A stretch of 64,000 nt of DNA from Macrostomum lignano (taxonomy: Eukaryota), in NCBI GenBank assembly GCA_002269645.1, contig NIVC01000132.1, forward strand, positions 372,001 to 436,000, in the 5' to 3' direction. The stretch's first letter is position 1; every line of letters starts with the position of its first letter. Under the pieces are notes generated by a model, which was given only the letters and a program-made list of their open reading frames with translations, did no database searches and was not told where the DNA came from. A program made the translations under genes and the position numbers. Shown here in pieces: positions 22,796-37,700 of this stretch.

Positions 22796-25700
22796 ATGAT
22801 GAAATTTCGCGAGCCCGACAGGGCCTCGGAATTAAACACGGAGCATCGAGTGACACCGGAGAGTCAATGGTCCGATAGTGTAAGTCAGGAAAATTGCACA
22901 ATGAGAGTAGTGCAGACGGAAAAGCATAGATACGAGTGCACCCTCACTTTCAGAGCCACATAGAGCACAAGATGTCCAGCGAGCTGTTTGTTGGCGAAGG
23001 TGTCGTAGCCAAAGGCATTCTGCACGGACAGTAGTAAGTAGATTTGTTATACTTGTTTGTTGTTTTACTTTTCAAGCCACTTTTTCTTACACACTCCATA
23101 GAAACCGCTAGACCGTAGCAGTCAATGCCCACTGTTTTCTTTTCAGCCTCAATGTCACCCTCTCAGCCGAAAACTGGCAGTTAGAATCTATAAACATTAG
23201 CTTGAGCAGCAACGGCCAGTTTGAGATCAGTTATCGAAGCAAAGGCAAGCAGACAGACAGGCGCGGAAGACTCAGCGAAGTGATTGTAACGCCGTACTCA
23301 TTTGTCATCAAAGTTGCCGTGCAACCGCTCGGCTACGATGTGAGTTAGCCAAAATGATTTCATAGCTATCTATATGATATGTTTTTCAAAATTATTTTGA
23401 CATCTATTTACGCCAGAAAAGACAGAAAAATGCGTTTGATGTCTATCTTAACCTGTAATACGAGCGTAATACTGTAACTACTGAGTAGCGTCCGAATCAC
23501 ACTAAATCAAGAACACAAACTTATTTTTAGCGCAAGTCTTACCCTATTGGTTTGAGCCTCAAACAACCAATGTTTAGCTGTTTGTTTGATTTTTTGCGAT
23601 TTCACCACAGGAAATTGTCACTACCAGCGATTGGGGACAGGTATAAATAGTCGTAGAATTAATTGAACCATTGACGGAACAGTCATGAAATAATTTTCTG
23701 GCTTTGAGTTGAGTACTCAAACCTGAGGGAAGATTGAAGTTTCATCAAGAGTAATGCTGCTTTCACAATCAAGCGATTTCGGTCTGGTTCTGCTTCAGCA
23801 GGTTGGCACGTTCGAAAAAAAATATTGTGGCATTCCCAGATGTAAACCTGACAGTTTCGAACGCTTCACCCGGTCCCGTTCGGGGAAAAGTCCTAAACTG
23901 GACAGGAACCGTTTCATTGTGAATGCAGACTAACTGTTGTGGACAGTGGGTGAACAATCACATCAAGGACCACTAGAAATTACTGTATGGACCTCTGTAG
24001 ATTCTCGGAATAAACCGGAGCAGATACAAGTACCTGATGTACTTCGCCGAATAAAGTGTTACAATACGTTGCAATTGCAATATTGATACGATAAATCTGG
24101 CTTCAAAATATTCTAATCAAAGAGACGATCATTTGAATCAGCAAGTAGTCTGAGAGCGCACCATAGAAATGTGATTAATTTTTTAGATAAGCCTACAAGA
24201 AAAGCACCTGGCGGAGCTCAGCCACAACGGGAACTACTCGGCAATCTGCACCGTTATACTGGGCGGAGAGGCCGACTTCACCGAGCTGGAGATTTGCGAC
24301 TCCGAAGAGCCAAAAGTTGCCACAGAACCGGAGAACCCGTATTTGAATGTCCAACTCGGTGAGCTTCTGCCATGCTGTTATCAATTTTAATAATCTTCAC
24401 GCTTAACGTATAGACAATTCTATGCGCCAAATTACAGTACATTCGGCAAGGCAACTCGGCACGCCGAGTCACGTCAAGCGACTCCGCCTCTCACTGCCTA
24501 GAGTTGAGAACTCAATCTGGAAGCCGATCCCCATTTTCAGCGAAGAAAGCGAATGCGAACTCAAAAATGACGATAGACTGAACCACGAAATCTCGCATGG
24601 CAGTGTTCAAACGATGCCGAAATCGGATCTTGATGCCGAGAATGCAAGGCTACGACGATGTCAACGTAGGAACGCAGACACGGCCTACATCAAACCAAGC
24701 TCAAACTTCAGCAGCGTGGTAGAATTTGAGCCGGTAGATTCGAAAACTTCCATTGAGCCGAAATTTTCAACAGCTTTGTACAAACGAGACACGCATCAAA
24801 CAGTTAACGTTAATGAAGCCAACGCGAAAGCTCAGGAGAACGTCAGGAAAACGTCAGCAAACAACGTAGGTAAAGACGTCATTGAGTCTGCCTGGTTGGA
24901 ATTAGACGATCCAGCAAAGGAAGGGATTGAGACAGTCATGTTGCGAACTGGCAGAGAAATCGTATCCAAAGCATATGACGACGACAACAAGATTGAAACT
25001 GGTGTAGAAACATCCCTCATCAAGAATTTTCAAAGAAAAAACGAAACTATGAGTATCCAAATCGGCACCTATGAATGTCTCGCAGTGACAGTTGACGAGC
25101 GTCCAAGCAAAGAAGAAATACGATTATTTAAATATGAGCAGCAACGCAGTAAATCCCCAAAACTTAGGCGAAAACATAAAAGCCATCTCAGCCACAGCAG
25201 AACCCTATCATCGATCAAATCTATGATGAAATTCTCAAAACTTCATCAATTACAGCAAAAACGACCCCAAAACAAAGACGACAAATCCAGTGGATTGCCA
25301 TCGACAACGCTATTGAATCACACCGAAGACACCACGTCTATTCGAAAGCAGCAGCAAGGCACTGATGCTGAGCAGCGCGATGAGTCCATTGGAGCAGAAG
25401 TCGACGACATAAAGAGCTTGGTGATGCACCTCGACCAGGACGTCGATGAGGTCCGGATCGAGTACGAGGACCAACAGGTTTCGATGGAATTGCCGGAGCC
25501 TCCGATCCGAGAGCTTCGTCACGAAAGCCAGTCAGCCGATCTCGCTGAAGAGACCGAGGAAAGCGTGCTTGCTCGAAAGCTGCAGCAGGGTACTGATGCT
25601 GAGCAGCGCGATGAGTCCATTGGAGCAGAAGTCGACGACAAAAATAGCTTGGTGATGCACCTCGACCAGGACGTCGATGAGGTCCGAATCGAGTACGAGG

Positions 25701-28700
25701 ACCAACAGATTTCGATGGAATTGCCGGAGCCTCCGATCCGAGAGCTTCGTCACGAAAGCCAGTCAGCCGATCTCGCTGAAGAGACCGAGGAAAGCGTGCT
25801 TGCTCGAAAGCTGCAGCAGGGTACTGATGCTGAGCAGCGCGATGAGTCCATTGGTGCAGAAGTCGACGACATAAAGAACTTGGTGAAGCACCTCGACCAG
25901 GACGTCGATGAGGTCCGGATCGAGTACGAGGACCAACAGATTTCGATGGAATTGCCGGAGCCCATCATCCACGAGCCTCGCCGCTACGGGCACTCGTTTG
26001 ATCGCGATAGTCAAATTTCCAAGGAGAGCGATCGATCCTGGCAGTCAGACGATCTCCTGCATCATATTAGGGACGCACCCGTCGACGAAAGAAACGAGAG
26101 TAGGTCGATAGATCTGGCTGAGCCAAAGTCATCAAAAATAGTAAAACGCTTGTCTTTGGGAAGTGCAGAGTTTCCGCCCATCGAATCAAAAGTAAGGCTG
26201 CGACACACATCTGGTGAGAGCTCGGCAAAGAGAGAAAAACCTCAGACGAGACCCCACAGTGTAAGTGTGACTGGAACGCACGACGATAAAAGTCAGAGCT
26301 CTGGTTCTCAAAGCTCGATGCCACTCGAGTCATCATACCCACCAAAGCACAAAAAGAACGTGTTCGGAAAGTTCCTGGGTGTTTTTAAGCGACACAGAGG
26401 ATCGTATAATGTCTCCGACTTGGACACAGCTGGAAACGCGGAAAACGAGGCGAGCTTCCGTAGGAAGCAATCAAGTCAACTAGCACAGAGAAATGACAGC
26501 GAGACTAACGAAACACAAGTGCCGTCAATGTCAAGAGACCCAGATACAGTTAGTCAAACCAAAAGTAGCGAACAGGACAACCAGGAGCAAGTCGGAAGTA
26601 GCAGTGCAGCAACAAAAGAAGCTTTGACACAGGATCAGCAACTATCAATCGAAATTTCGGAGCCTTCGATCCGAGAGCTTCGTCACGAAAGCCAGTCAGC
26701 CGATCTCGCTGAAGAGACCGAGGAAAGCGTGCTTGCTCGAAAGCTGCAGCAGGGTACTGATGCTGAGCAGCGCGATGAGTCCATTGGAGCAGAAGTCGAC
26801 GACATAAAGAGCTTGGTGATGCACCTCGACCAGGACGTCGATGAGGTCCGGATCGAGTACGAGGACCAACAGGTTTCGATGGAATTGCCGGAGCCTCCGA
26901 TCCGAGAGCTTCGTCACGAAAGCCAGTCAGCCGATCTCGCTGAAGAGACCGAGGAAAGCGTGCTTGCTCGAAAGCTGCAGCAGGGTACTGATGCTGAGCA
27001 GCGCGATGAGTCCATTGGAGCAGAAGTCGACGACATAAATAGCTTGGTGATGCACCTCGACCAGGACGTCGATGAGGTCCGAATCGAGTACGAGGACCAA
27101 CAGATTTCGATGGAATTGCCGGAGCCTCCGATCCGAGAGCTTCGTCACGAAAGCCAGTCAGCCGATCTCGCTGAAGAGACCGAGGAAAGCGTGCTTGCTC
27201 GAAAGCTGCAGCAGGGTACTGATGCTGAGCAGCGCGATGAGTCCATTGGTGCAGAAGTCGACGACATAAAGAACTTGGTGAAGCACCTCGACCAGGACGT
27301 CGATGAGGTCCGGATCGAGTACGAGGACCAACAGATTTCGATGGAATTGCCGGAGCCCATCATCCACGAGCCTCGCCGCTACGGGCACTCGTTTGATCGC
27401 GATAGTCAAATTTCCAAGGAGAGCGATCGATCCTGGCAGTCAGACGATCTCCTGCATCATATTAGGGACGCACCCGTCGACGAAAGAAACGAGAGTAGGT
27501 CGATAGATCTGGCTGAGCCAAAGTCATCAAAAATAGTAAAACGCTTGTCTTTGGGAAGTGCAGAGTTTCCGCCCATCGAATCAAAAGTAAGGCTGCGACA
27601 CACATCTGGTGAGAGCTCGGCAAAGAGAGAAAAACCTCAGACGAGACCCCACAGTGTAAGTGTGACTGGAACGCACGACGATAAAAGTCAGAGCTCTGGT
27701 TCTCAAAGCTCGATGCCACTCGAGTCATCATACCCACCAAAGCACAAAAAGAACGTGTTCGGAAAGTTCCTGGGTGTTTTTAAGCGACACAGAGGATCGT
27801 ATAATGTCTCCGACTTGGACACAGCTGGAAACGCGGAAAACGAGGCGAGCTTCCGTAGGAAGCAATCAAGTCAACTAGCACAGAGAAATGACAGCGAGAC
27901 TAACGAAACACAAGTGCCGTCAATGTCAAGAGACCCAGATACAGTTAGTCAAACCAAAAGTAGCGAACAGGACAACCAGGAGCAAGTCGGAAGTAGCAGT
28001 GCAGCAACAAAAGAAGCTTCGACACAGGATCAGCAACTGTCAATCGAAATTTCGGAGCCTTCGATCCGAGAGCTTCGTCACGAAAGCCAGTCAGCCGATC
28101 TCGCTGAAGAGACCGAGGAAAGCGTGCTTGCTCGAAAGCTGCAGCAGGGTACTGATGCTGAGCAGCGCGATGAGTCCATTGGAGCAGAAGTCGACGACAT
28201 AAAGAGCTTGGTGATGCACCTCGACCAGGACGTCGATGAGGTCCGGATCGAGTACGAGGACCAACAGGTTTCGATGGAATTGCCGGAGCCTCCGATCCGA
28301 GAGCTTCGTCACGAAAGCCAGTCAGCCGATCTCGCTGAAGAGACCGAGGAAAGCGTGCTTGCTCGAAAGCTGCAGCAGGGTACTGATGCTGAGCAGCGCG
28401 ATGAGTCCATTGGAGCAGAAGTCGACGACATAAATAGCTTGGTGATGCACCTCGACCAGGACGTCGATGAGGTCCGAATCGAGTACGAGGACCAACAGAT
28501 TTCGATGGAATTGCCGGAGCCTCCGATCCGAGAGCTTCGTCACGAAAGCCAGTCAGCCGATCTCGCTGAAGAGACCGAGGAAAGCGTGCTTGCTCGAAAG
28601 CTGCAGCAGGGTACTGATGCTGAGCAGCGCGATGAGTCCATTGGTGCAGAAGTCGACGACATAAAGAACTTGGTGAAGCACCTCGACCAGGACGTCGATG

Positions 28701-31700
28701 AGGTCCGGATCGAGTACGAGGACCAACAGATTTCGATGGAATTGCCGGAGCCCATCATCCACGAGCCTCGCCGCTACGGGCACTCGTTTGATCGCGATAG
28801 TCAAATTTCCAAGGAGAGCGATCGATCCTGGCAGTCAGACGATCTCCTGCATCATATTAGGGACGCACCCGTCGACGAAAGAAACGAGAGTAGGTCGATA
28901 GATCTGGCTGAGCCAAAGTCATCAAAAATAGTAAAACGCTTGTCTTTGGGAAGTGCAGAGTTTCCGCCCATCGAATCAAAAGTAAGGCTGCGACACACAT
29001 CTGGTGAGAGCTCGGCAAAGAGAGAAAAACCTCAGACGAGACCCCACAGTGTAAGTGTGACTGGAACGCACGACGATAAAAGTCAGAGCTCTGGTTCTCA
29101 AAGCTCGATGCCACTCGAGTCATCATACCCACCAAAGCACAAAAAGAACGTGTTCGGAAAGTTCCTGGGTGTTTTTAAGCGACACAGAGGATCGTATAAT
29201 GTCTCCGACTTGGACACAGCTGGAAACGCGGAAAACGAGGCGAGCTTCCGTAGGAAGCAATCAAGTCAACTAGCACAGAGAAATGACAGCGAGACTAACG
29301 AAACACAAGTGCCGTCAATGTCAAGAGACCCAGATACAGTTAGTCAAACCAAAAGTAGCGAACAGGACAACCAGGAGCAAGTCGGAAGTAGCAGTGCAGC
29401 AACAAAAGAAGCTTCGACACAGGATCAGCAACTATCAATCGAAATTTCGGAGCCTTCGATCCGAGAGCTTCGTCACGAAAGCCAGTCAGCCGATCTCGCT
29501 GAAGAGACCGAGGAAAGCGTGCTTGCTCGAAAGCTGCAGCAGGGTACTGATGCTGAGCAGCGCGATGAGTCCATTGGAGCAGAAGTCGACGACATAAAGA
29601 GCTTGGTGATGCACCTCGACCAGGACGTCGATGAGGTCCGGATCGAGTACGAGGACCAACAGGTTTCGATGGAATTGCCGGAGCCTCCGATCCGAGAGCT
29701 TCGTCACGAAAGCCAGTCAGCCGATCTCGCTGAAGAGACCGAGGAAAGCGTGCTTGCTCGAAAGCTGCAGCAGGGTACTGATGCTGAGCAGCGCGATGAG
29801 TCCATTGGAGCAGAAGTCGACGACATAAATAGCTTGGTGATGCACCTCGACCAGGACGTCGATGAGGTCCGAATCGAGTACGAGGACCAACAGATTTCGA
29901 TGGAATTGCCGGAGCCTCCGATCCGAGAGCTTCGTCACGAAAGCCAGTCAGCCGATCTCGCTGAAGAGACCGAGGAAAGCGTGCTTGCTCGAAAGCTGCA
30001 GCAGGGTACTGATGCTGAGCAGCGCGATGAGTCCATTGGTGCAGAAGTCGACGACATAAAGAACTTGGTGAAGCACCTCGACCAGGACGTCGATGAGGTC
30101 CGGATCGAGTACGAGGACCAACAGATTTCGATGGAATTGCCGGAGCCCATCATCCACGAGCCTCGCCGCTACGGGCACTCGTTTGATCGCGATAGTCAAA
30201 TTTCCAAGGAGAGCGATCGATCCTGGCAGTCAGACGATCTCCTGCATCATATTAGGGACGCACCCGTCGACGAAAGAAACGAGAGTAGGTCGATAGATCT
30301 GGCTGAGCCAAAGTCATCAAAAATAGTAAAACGCTTGTCTTTGGGAAGTGCAGAGTTTCCGCCCATCGAATCAAAAGTAAGGCTGCGACACACATCTGGT
30401 GAGAGCTCGGCAAAGAGAGAAAAACCTCAGACGAGACCCCACAGTGTAAGTGTGACTGGAACGCACGACGATAAAAGTCAGAGCTCTGGTTCTCAAAGCT
30501 CGATGCCACTCGAGTCATCATACCCACCAAAGCACAAAAAGAACGTGTTCGGAAAGTTCCTGGGTGTTTTTAAGCGACACAGAGGATCGTATAATGTCTC
30601 CGACTTGGACACAGCTGGAAACGCGGAAAACGAGGCGAGCTTCCGTAGGAAGCAATCAAGTCAACTAGCACAGAGAAATGACAGCGAGACTAACGAAACA
30701 CAAGTGCCGTCAATGTCAAGAGACCCAGATACAGTTAGTCAAACCAAAAGTAGCGAACAGGACAACCAGGAGCAAGTCGGAAGTAGCAGTGCAGCAACAA
30801 AAGAAGCTTCGACACAGGATCAGCAACTGTCAATCGAAATTTCGGAGCCTTCGATCCGAGAGCTTCGTCACGAAAGCCAGTCAGCCGATCTCGCTGAAGA
30901 GACCGAGGAAAGCGTGCTTGCTCGAAAGCTGCAGCAGGGTACTGATGCTGAGCAGCGCGATGAGTCCATTGGAGCAGAAGTCGACGACATAAAGAGCTTG
31001 GTGATGCACCTCGACCAGGACGTCGATGAGGTCCGGATCGAGTACGAGGACCAACAGGTTTCGATGGAATTGCCGGAGCCTCCGATCCGAGAGCTTCGTC
31101 ACGAAAGCCAGTCAGCCGATCTCGCTGAAGAGACCGAGGAAAGCGTGCTTGCTCGAAAGCTGCAGCAGGGTACTGATGCTGAGCAGCGCGATGAGTCCAT
31201 TGGAGCAGAAGTCGACGACATAAATAGCTTGGTGATGCACCTCGACCAGGACGTCGATGAGGTCCGAATCGAGTACGAGGACCAACAGATTTCGATGGAA
31301 TTGCCGGAGCCTCCGATCCGAGAGCTTCGTCACGAAAGCCAGTCAGCCGATCTCGCTGAAGAGACCGAGGAAAGCGTGCTTGCTCGAAAGCTGCAGCAGG
31401 GTACTGATGCTGAGCAGCGCGATGAGTCCATTGGTGCAGAAGTCGACGACATAAAGAACTTGGTGAAGCACCTCGACCAGGACGTCGATGAGGTCCGGAT
31501 CGAGTACGAGGACCAACAGATTTCGATGGAATTGCCGGAGCCCATCATCCACGAGCCTCGCCGCTACGGGCACTCGTTTGATCGCGATAGTCAAATTTCC
31601 AAGGAGAGCGATCGATCCTGGCAGTCAGACGATCTCCTGCATCATATTAGGGACGCACCCGTCGACGAAAGAAACGAGAGTAGGTCGATAGATCTGGCTG

Positions 31701-34700
31701 AGCCAAAGTCATCAAAAATAGTAAAACGCTTGTCTTTGGGAAGTGCAGAGTTTCCGCCCATCGAATCAAAAGTAAGGCTGCGACACACATCTGGTGAGAG
31801 CTCGGCAAAGAGAGAAAAACCTCAGACGAGACCCCACAGTGTAAGTGTGACTGGAACGCACGACGATAAAAGTCAGAGCTCTGGTTCTCAAAGCTCGATG
31901 CCACTCGAGTCATCATACCCACCAAAGCACAAAAAGAACGTGTTCGGAAAGTTCCTGGGTGTTTTTAAGCGACACAGAGGATCGTATAATGTCTCCGACT
32001 TGGACACAGCTGGAAACGCGGAAAACGAGGCGAGCTTCCGTAGGAAGCAATCAAGTCAACTAGCACAGAGAAATGACAGCGAGACTAACGAAACACAAGT
32101 GCCGTCAATGTCAAGAGACCCAGATACAGTTAGTCAAACCAAAAGTAGCGAACAGGACAACCAGGAGCAAGTCGGAAGTAGCAGTGCAGCAACAAAAGAA
32201 GCTTCGACACAGGATCAGCAACTGTCAATCGAAATTTCGGAGCCTTCGATCCGAGAGCTTCGTCACGAAAGCCAGTCAGCCGATCTCGCTGAAGAGACCG
32301 AGGAAAGCGTGCTTGCTCGAAAGCTGCAGCAGGGTACTGATGCTGAGCAGCGCGATGAGTCCATTGGAGCAGAAGTCGACGACATAAAGAGCTTGGTGAT
32401 GCACCTCGACCAGGACGTCGATGAGGTCCGGATCGAGTACGAGGACCAACAGGTTTCGATGGAATTGCCGGAGCCTCCGATCCGAGAGCTTCGTCACGAA
32501 AGCCAGTCAGCCGATCTCGCTGAAGAGACCGAGGAAAGCGTGCTTGCTCGAAAGCTGCAGCAGGGTACTGATGCTGAGCAGCGCGATGAGTCCATTGGAG
32601 CAGAAGTCGACGACATAAATAGCTTGGTGATGCACCTCGACCAGGACGTCGATGAGGTCCGAATCGAGTACGAGGACCAACAGATTTCGATGGAATTGCC
32701 GGAGCCTCCGATCCGAGAGCTTCGTCACGAAAGCCAGTCAGCCGATCTCGCTGAAGAGACCGAGGAAAGCGTGCTTGCTCGAAAGCTGCAGCAGGGTACT
32801 GATGCTGAGCAGCGCGATGAGTCCATTGGTGCAGAAGTCGACGACATAAAGAACTTGGTGAAGCACCTCGACCAGGACGTCGATGAGGTCCGGATCGAGT
32901 ACGAGGACCAACAGATTTCGATGGAATTGCCGGAGCCCATCATCCACGAGCCTCGCCGCTACGGGCACTCGTTTGATCGCGATAGTCAAATTTCCAAGGA
33001 GAGCGATCGATCCTGGCAGTCAGACGATCTCCTGCATCATATTAGGGACGCACCCGTCGACGAAAGAAACGAGAGTAGGTCGATAGATCTGGCTGAGCCA
33101 AAGTCATCAAAAATAGTAAAACGCTTGTCTTTGGGAAGTGCAGAGTTTCCGCCCATCGAATCAAAAGTAAGGCTGCGACACACATCTGGTGAGAGCTCGG
33201 CAAAGAGAGAAAAACCTCAGACGAGACCCCACAGTGTAAGTGTGACTGGAACGCACGACGATAAAAGTCAGAGCTCTGGTTCTCAAAGCTCGATGCCACT
33301 CGAGTCATCATACCCACCAAAGCACAAAAAGAACGTGTTCGGAAAGTTCCTGGGTGTTTTTAAGCGACACAGAGGATCGTATAATGTCTCCGACTTGGAC
33401 ACAGCTGGAAACGCGGAAAACGAGGCGAGCTTCCGTAGGAAGCAATCAAGTCAACTAGCACAGAGAAATGACAGCGAGACTAACGAAACACAAGTGCCGT
33501 CAATGTCAAGAGACCCAGATACAGTTAGTCAAACCAAAAGTAGCGAACAGGACAACCAGGAGCAAGTCGGAAGTAGCAGTGCAGCAACAAAAGAAGCTTC
33601 GACACAGGATCAGCAACTGTCAATCGAAATTTCGGAGCCTTCGATCCGAGAGCTTCGTCACGAAAGCCAGTCAGCCGATCTCGCTGAAGAGACCGAGGAA
33701 AGCGTGCTTGCTCGAAAGCTGCAGCAGGGTACTGATGCTGAGCAGCGCGATGAGTCCATTGGAGCAGAAGTCGACGACATAAAGAGCTTGGTGATGCACC
33801 TCGACCAGGACGTCGATGAGGTCCGGATCGAGTACGAGGACCAACAGGTTTCGATGGAATTGCCGGAGCCTCCGATCCGAGAGCTTCGTCACGAAAGCCA
33901 GTCAGCCGATCTCGCTGAAGAGACCGAGGAAAGCGTGCTTGCTCGAAAGCTGCAGCAGGGTACTGATGCTGAGCAGCGCGATGAGTCCATTGGAGCAGAA
34001 GTCGACGACATAAATAGCTTGGTGATGCACCTCGACCAGGACGTCGATGAGGTCCGAATCGAGTACGAGGACCAACAGATTTCGATGGAATTGCCGGAGC
34101 CTCCGATCCGAGAGCTTCGTCACGAAAGCCAGTCAGCCGATCTCGCTGAAGAGACCGAGGAAAGCGTGCTTGCTCGAAAGCTGCAGCAGGGTACTGATGC
34201 TGAGCAGCGCGATGAGTCCATTGGTGCAGAAGTCGACGACATAAAGAACTTGGTGAAGCACCTCGACCAGGACGTCGATGAGGTCCGGATCGAGTACGAG
34301 GACCAACAGATTTCGATGGAATTGCCGGAGCCCATCATCCACGAGCCTCGCCGCTACGGGCACTCGTTTGATCGCGATAGTCAAATTTCCAAGGAGAGCG
34401 ATCGATCCTGGCAGTCAGACGATCTCCTGCATCATATTAGGGACGCACCCGTCGACGAAAGAAACGAGAGTAGGTCGATAGATCTGGCTGAGCCAAAGTC
34501 ATCAAAAATAGTAAAACGCTTGTCTTTGGGAAGTGCAGAGTTTCCGCCCATCGAATCAAAAGTAAGGCTGCGACACACATCTGGTGAGAGCTCGGCAAAG
34601 AGAGAAAAACCTCAGACGAGACCCCACAGTGTAAGTGTGACTGGAACGCACGACGATAAAAGTCAGAGCTCTGGTTCTCAAAGCTCGATGCCACTCGAGT

Positions 34701-37700
34701 CATCATACCCACCAAAGCACAAAAAGAACGTGTTCGGAAAGTTCCTGGGTGTTTTTAAGCGACACAGAGGATCGTATAATGTCTCCGACTTGGACACAGC
34801 TGGAAACGCGGAAAACGAGGCGAGCTTCCGTAGGAAGCAATCAAGTCAACTAGCACAGAGAAATGACAGCGAGACTAACGAAACACAAGTGCCGTCAATG
34901 TCAAGAGACCCAGATACAGTTAGTCAAACCAAAAGTAGCGAACAGGACAACCAGGAGCAAGTCGGAAGTAGCAGTGCAGCAACAAAAGAAGCTTCGACAC
35001 AGGATCAGCAACTGTCAATCGAAATTTCGGAGCCTTCGATCCGAGAGCTTCGTCACGAAAGCCAGTCAGCCGATCTCGCTGAAGAGACCGAGGAAAGCGT
35101 GCTTGCTCGAAAGCTGCAGCAGGGTACTGATGCTGAGCAGCGCGATGAGTCCATTGGAGCAGAAGTCGACGACATAAAGAGCTTGGTGATGCACCTCGAC
35201 CAGGACGTCGATGAGGTCCGGATCGAGTACGAGGACCAACAGGTTTCGATGGAATTGCCGGAGCCTCCGATCCGAGAGCTTCGTCACGAAAGCCAGTCAG
35301 CCGATCTCGCTGAAGAGACCGAGGAAAGCGTGCTTGCTCGAAAGCTGCAGCAGGGTACTGATGCTGAGCAGCGCGATGAGTCCATTGGAGCAGAAGTCGA
35401 CGACATAAATAGCTTGGTGATGCACCTCGACCAGGACGTCGATGAGGTCCGAATCGAGTACGAGGACCAACAGATTTCGATGGAATTGCCGGAGCCTCCG
35501 ATCCGAGAGCTTCGTCACGAAAGCCAGTCAGCCGATCTCGCTGAAGAGACCGAGGAAAGCGTGCTTGCTCGAAAGCTGCAGCAGGGTACTGATGCTGAGC
35601 AGCGCGATGAGTCCATTGGTGCAGAAGTCGACGACATAAAGAACTTGGTGAAGCACCTCGACCAGGACGTCGATGAGGTCCGGATCGAGTACGAGGACCA
35701 ACAGATTTCGATGGAATTGCCGGAGCCCATCATCCACGAGCCTCGCCGCTACGGGCACTCGTTTGATCGCGATAGTCAAATTTCCAAGGAGAGCGATCGA
35801 TCCTGGCAGTCAGACGATCTCCTGCATCATATTAGGGACGCACCCGTCGACGAAAGAAACGAGAGTAGGTCGATAGATCTGGCTGAGCCAAAGTCATCAA
35901 AAATAGTAAAACGCTTGTCTTTGGGAAGTGCAGAGTTTCCGCCCATCGAATCAAAAGTAAGGCTGCGACACACATCTGGTGAGAGCTCGGCAAAGAGAGA
36001 AAAACCTCAGACGAGACCCCACAGTGTAAGTGTGACTGGAACGCACGACGATAAAAGTCAGAGCTCTGGTTCTCAAAGCTCGATGCCACTCGAGTCATCA
36101 TACCCACCAAAGCACAAAAAGAACGTGTTCGGAAAGTTCCTGGGTGTTTTTAAGCGACACAGAGGATCGTATAATGTCTCCGACTTGGACACAGCTGGAA
36201 ACGCGGAAAACGAGGCGAGCTTCCGTAGGAAGCAATCAAGTCAACTAGCACAGAGAAATGACAGCGAGACTAACGAAACACAAGTGCCGTCAATGTCAAG
36301 AGACCCAGATACAGTTAGTCAAACCAAAAGTAGCGAACAGGACAACCAGGAGCAAGTCGGAAGTAGCAGTGCAGCAACAAAAGAAGCTTCGACACAGGAT
36401 CAGCAACTATCAATCGAAATTTCGGAGCCTTCGATCCGAGAGCTTCGTCACGAAAGCCAGTCAGCCGATCTCGCTGAAGAGACCGAGGAAAGCGTGCTTG
36501 CTCGAAAGCTGCAGCAGGGTACTGATGCTGAGCAGCGCGATGAGTCCATTGGAGCAGAAGTCGACGACATAAAGAGCTTGGTGATGCACCTCGACCAGGA
36601 CGTCGATGAGGTCCGGATCGAGTACGAGGACCAACAGGTTTCGATGGAATTGCCGGAGCCTCCGATCCGAGAGCTTCGTCACGAAAGCCAGTCAGCCGAT
36701 CTCGCTGAAGAGACCGAGGAAAGCGTGCTTGCTCGAAAGCTGCAGCAGGGTACTGATGCTGAGCAGCGCGATGAGTCCATTGGAGCAGAAGTCGACGACA
36801 TAAATAGCTTGGTGATGCACCTCGACCAGGACGTCGATGAGGTCCGAATCGAGTACGAGGACCAACAGATTTCGATGGAATTGCCGGAGCCTCCGATCCG
36901 AGAGCTTCGTCACGAAAGCCAGTCAGCCGATCTCGCTGAAGAGACCGAGGAAAGCGTGCTTGCTCGAAAGCTGCAGCAGGGTACTGATGCTGAGCAGCGC
37001 GATGAGTCCATTGGTGCAGAAGTCGACGACATAAAGAACTTGGTGAAGCACCTCGACCAGGACGTCGATGAGGTCCGGATCGAGTACGAGGACCAACAGA
37101 TTTCGATGGAATTGCCGGAGCCCATCATCCACGAGCCTCGCCGCTACGGGCACTCGTTTGATCGCGATAGTCAAATTTCCAAGGAGAGCGATCGATCCTG
37201 GCAGTCAGACGATCTCCTGCATCATATTAGGGACGCACCCGTCGACGAAAGAAACGAGAGTAGGTCGATAGATCTGGCTGAGCCAAAGTCATCAAAAATA
37301 GTAAAACGCTTGTCTTTGGGAAGTGCAGAGTTTCCGCCCATCGAATCAAAAGTAAGGCTGCGACACACATCTGGTGAGAGCTCGGCAAAGAGAGAAAAAC
37401 CTCAGACGAGACCCCACAGTGTAAGTGTGACTGGAACGCACGACGATAAAAGTCAGAGCTCTGGTTCTCAAAGCTCGATGCCACTCGAGTCATCATACCC
37501 ACCAAAGCACAAAAAGAACGTGTTCGGAAAGTTCCTGGGTGTTTTTAAGCGACACAGAGGATCGTATAATGTCTCCGACTTGGACACAGCTGGAAACGCG
37601 GAAAACGAGGCGAGCTTCCGTAGGAAGCAATCAAGTCAACTAGCACAGAGAAATGACAGCGAGACTAACGAAACACAAGTGCCGTCAATGTCAAGAGACC

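Noticed and set aside
23147-23339. Alpha-crystallin/HSP20 reading of exon 3
   Set aside because: With exons 2 and 4 joined, the segment fits the galectin pattern over its whole length.
23769-23957. Short ORFs in the intron between exons 3 and 4 of the giant gene
   Set aside because: The + frames end in stops, and exons 3 and 4 already join in phase to give a continuous galectin-like motif.
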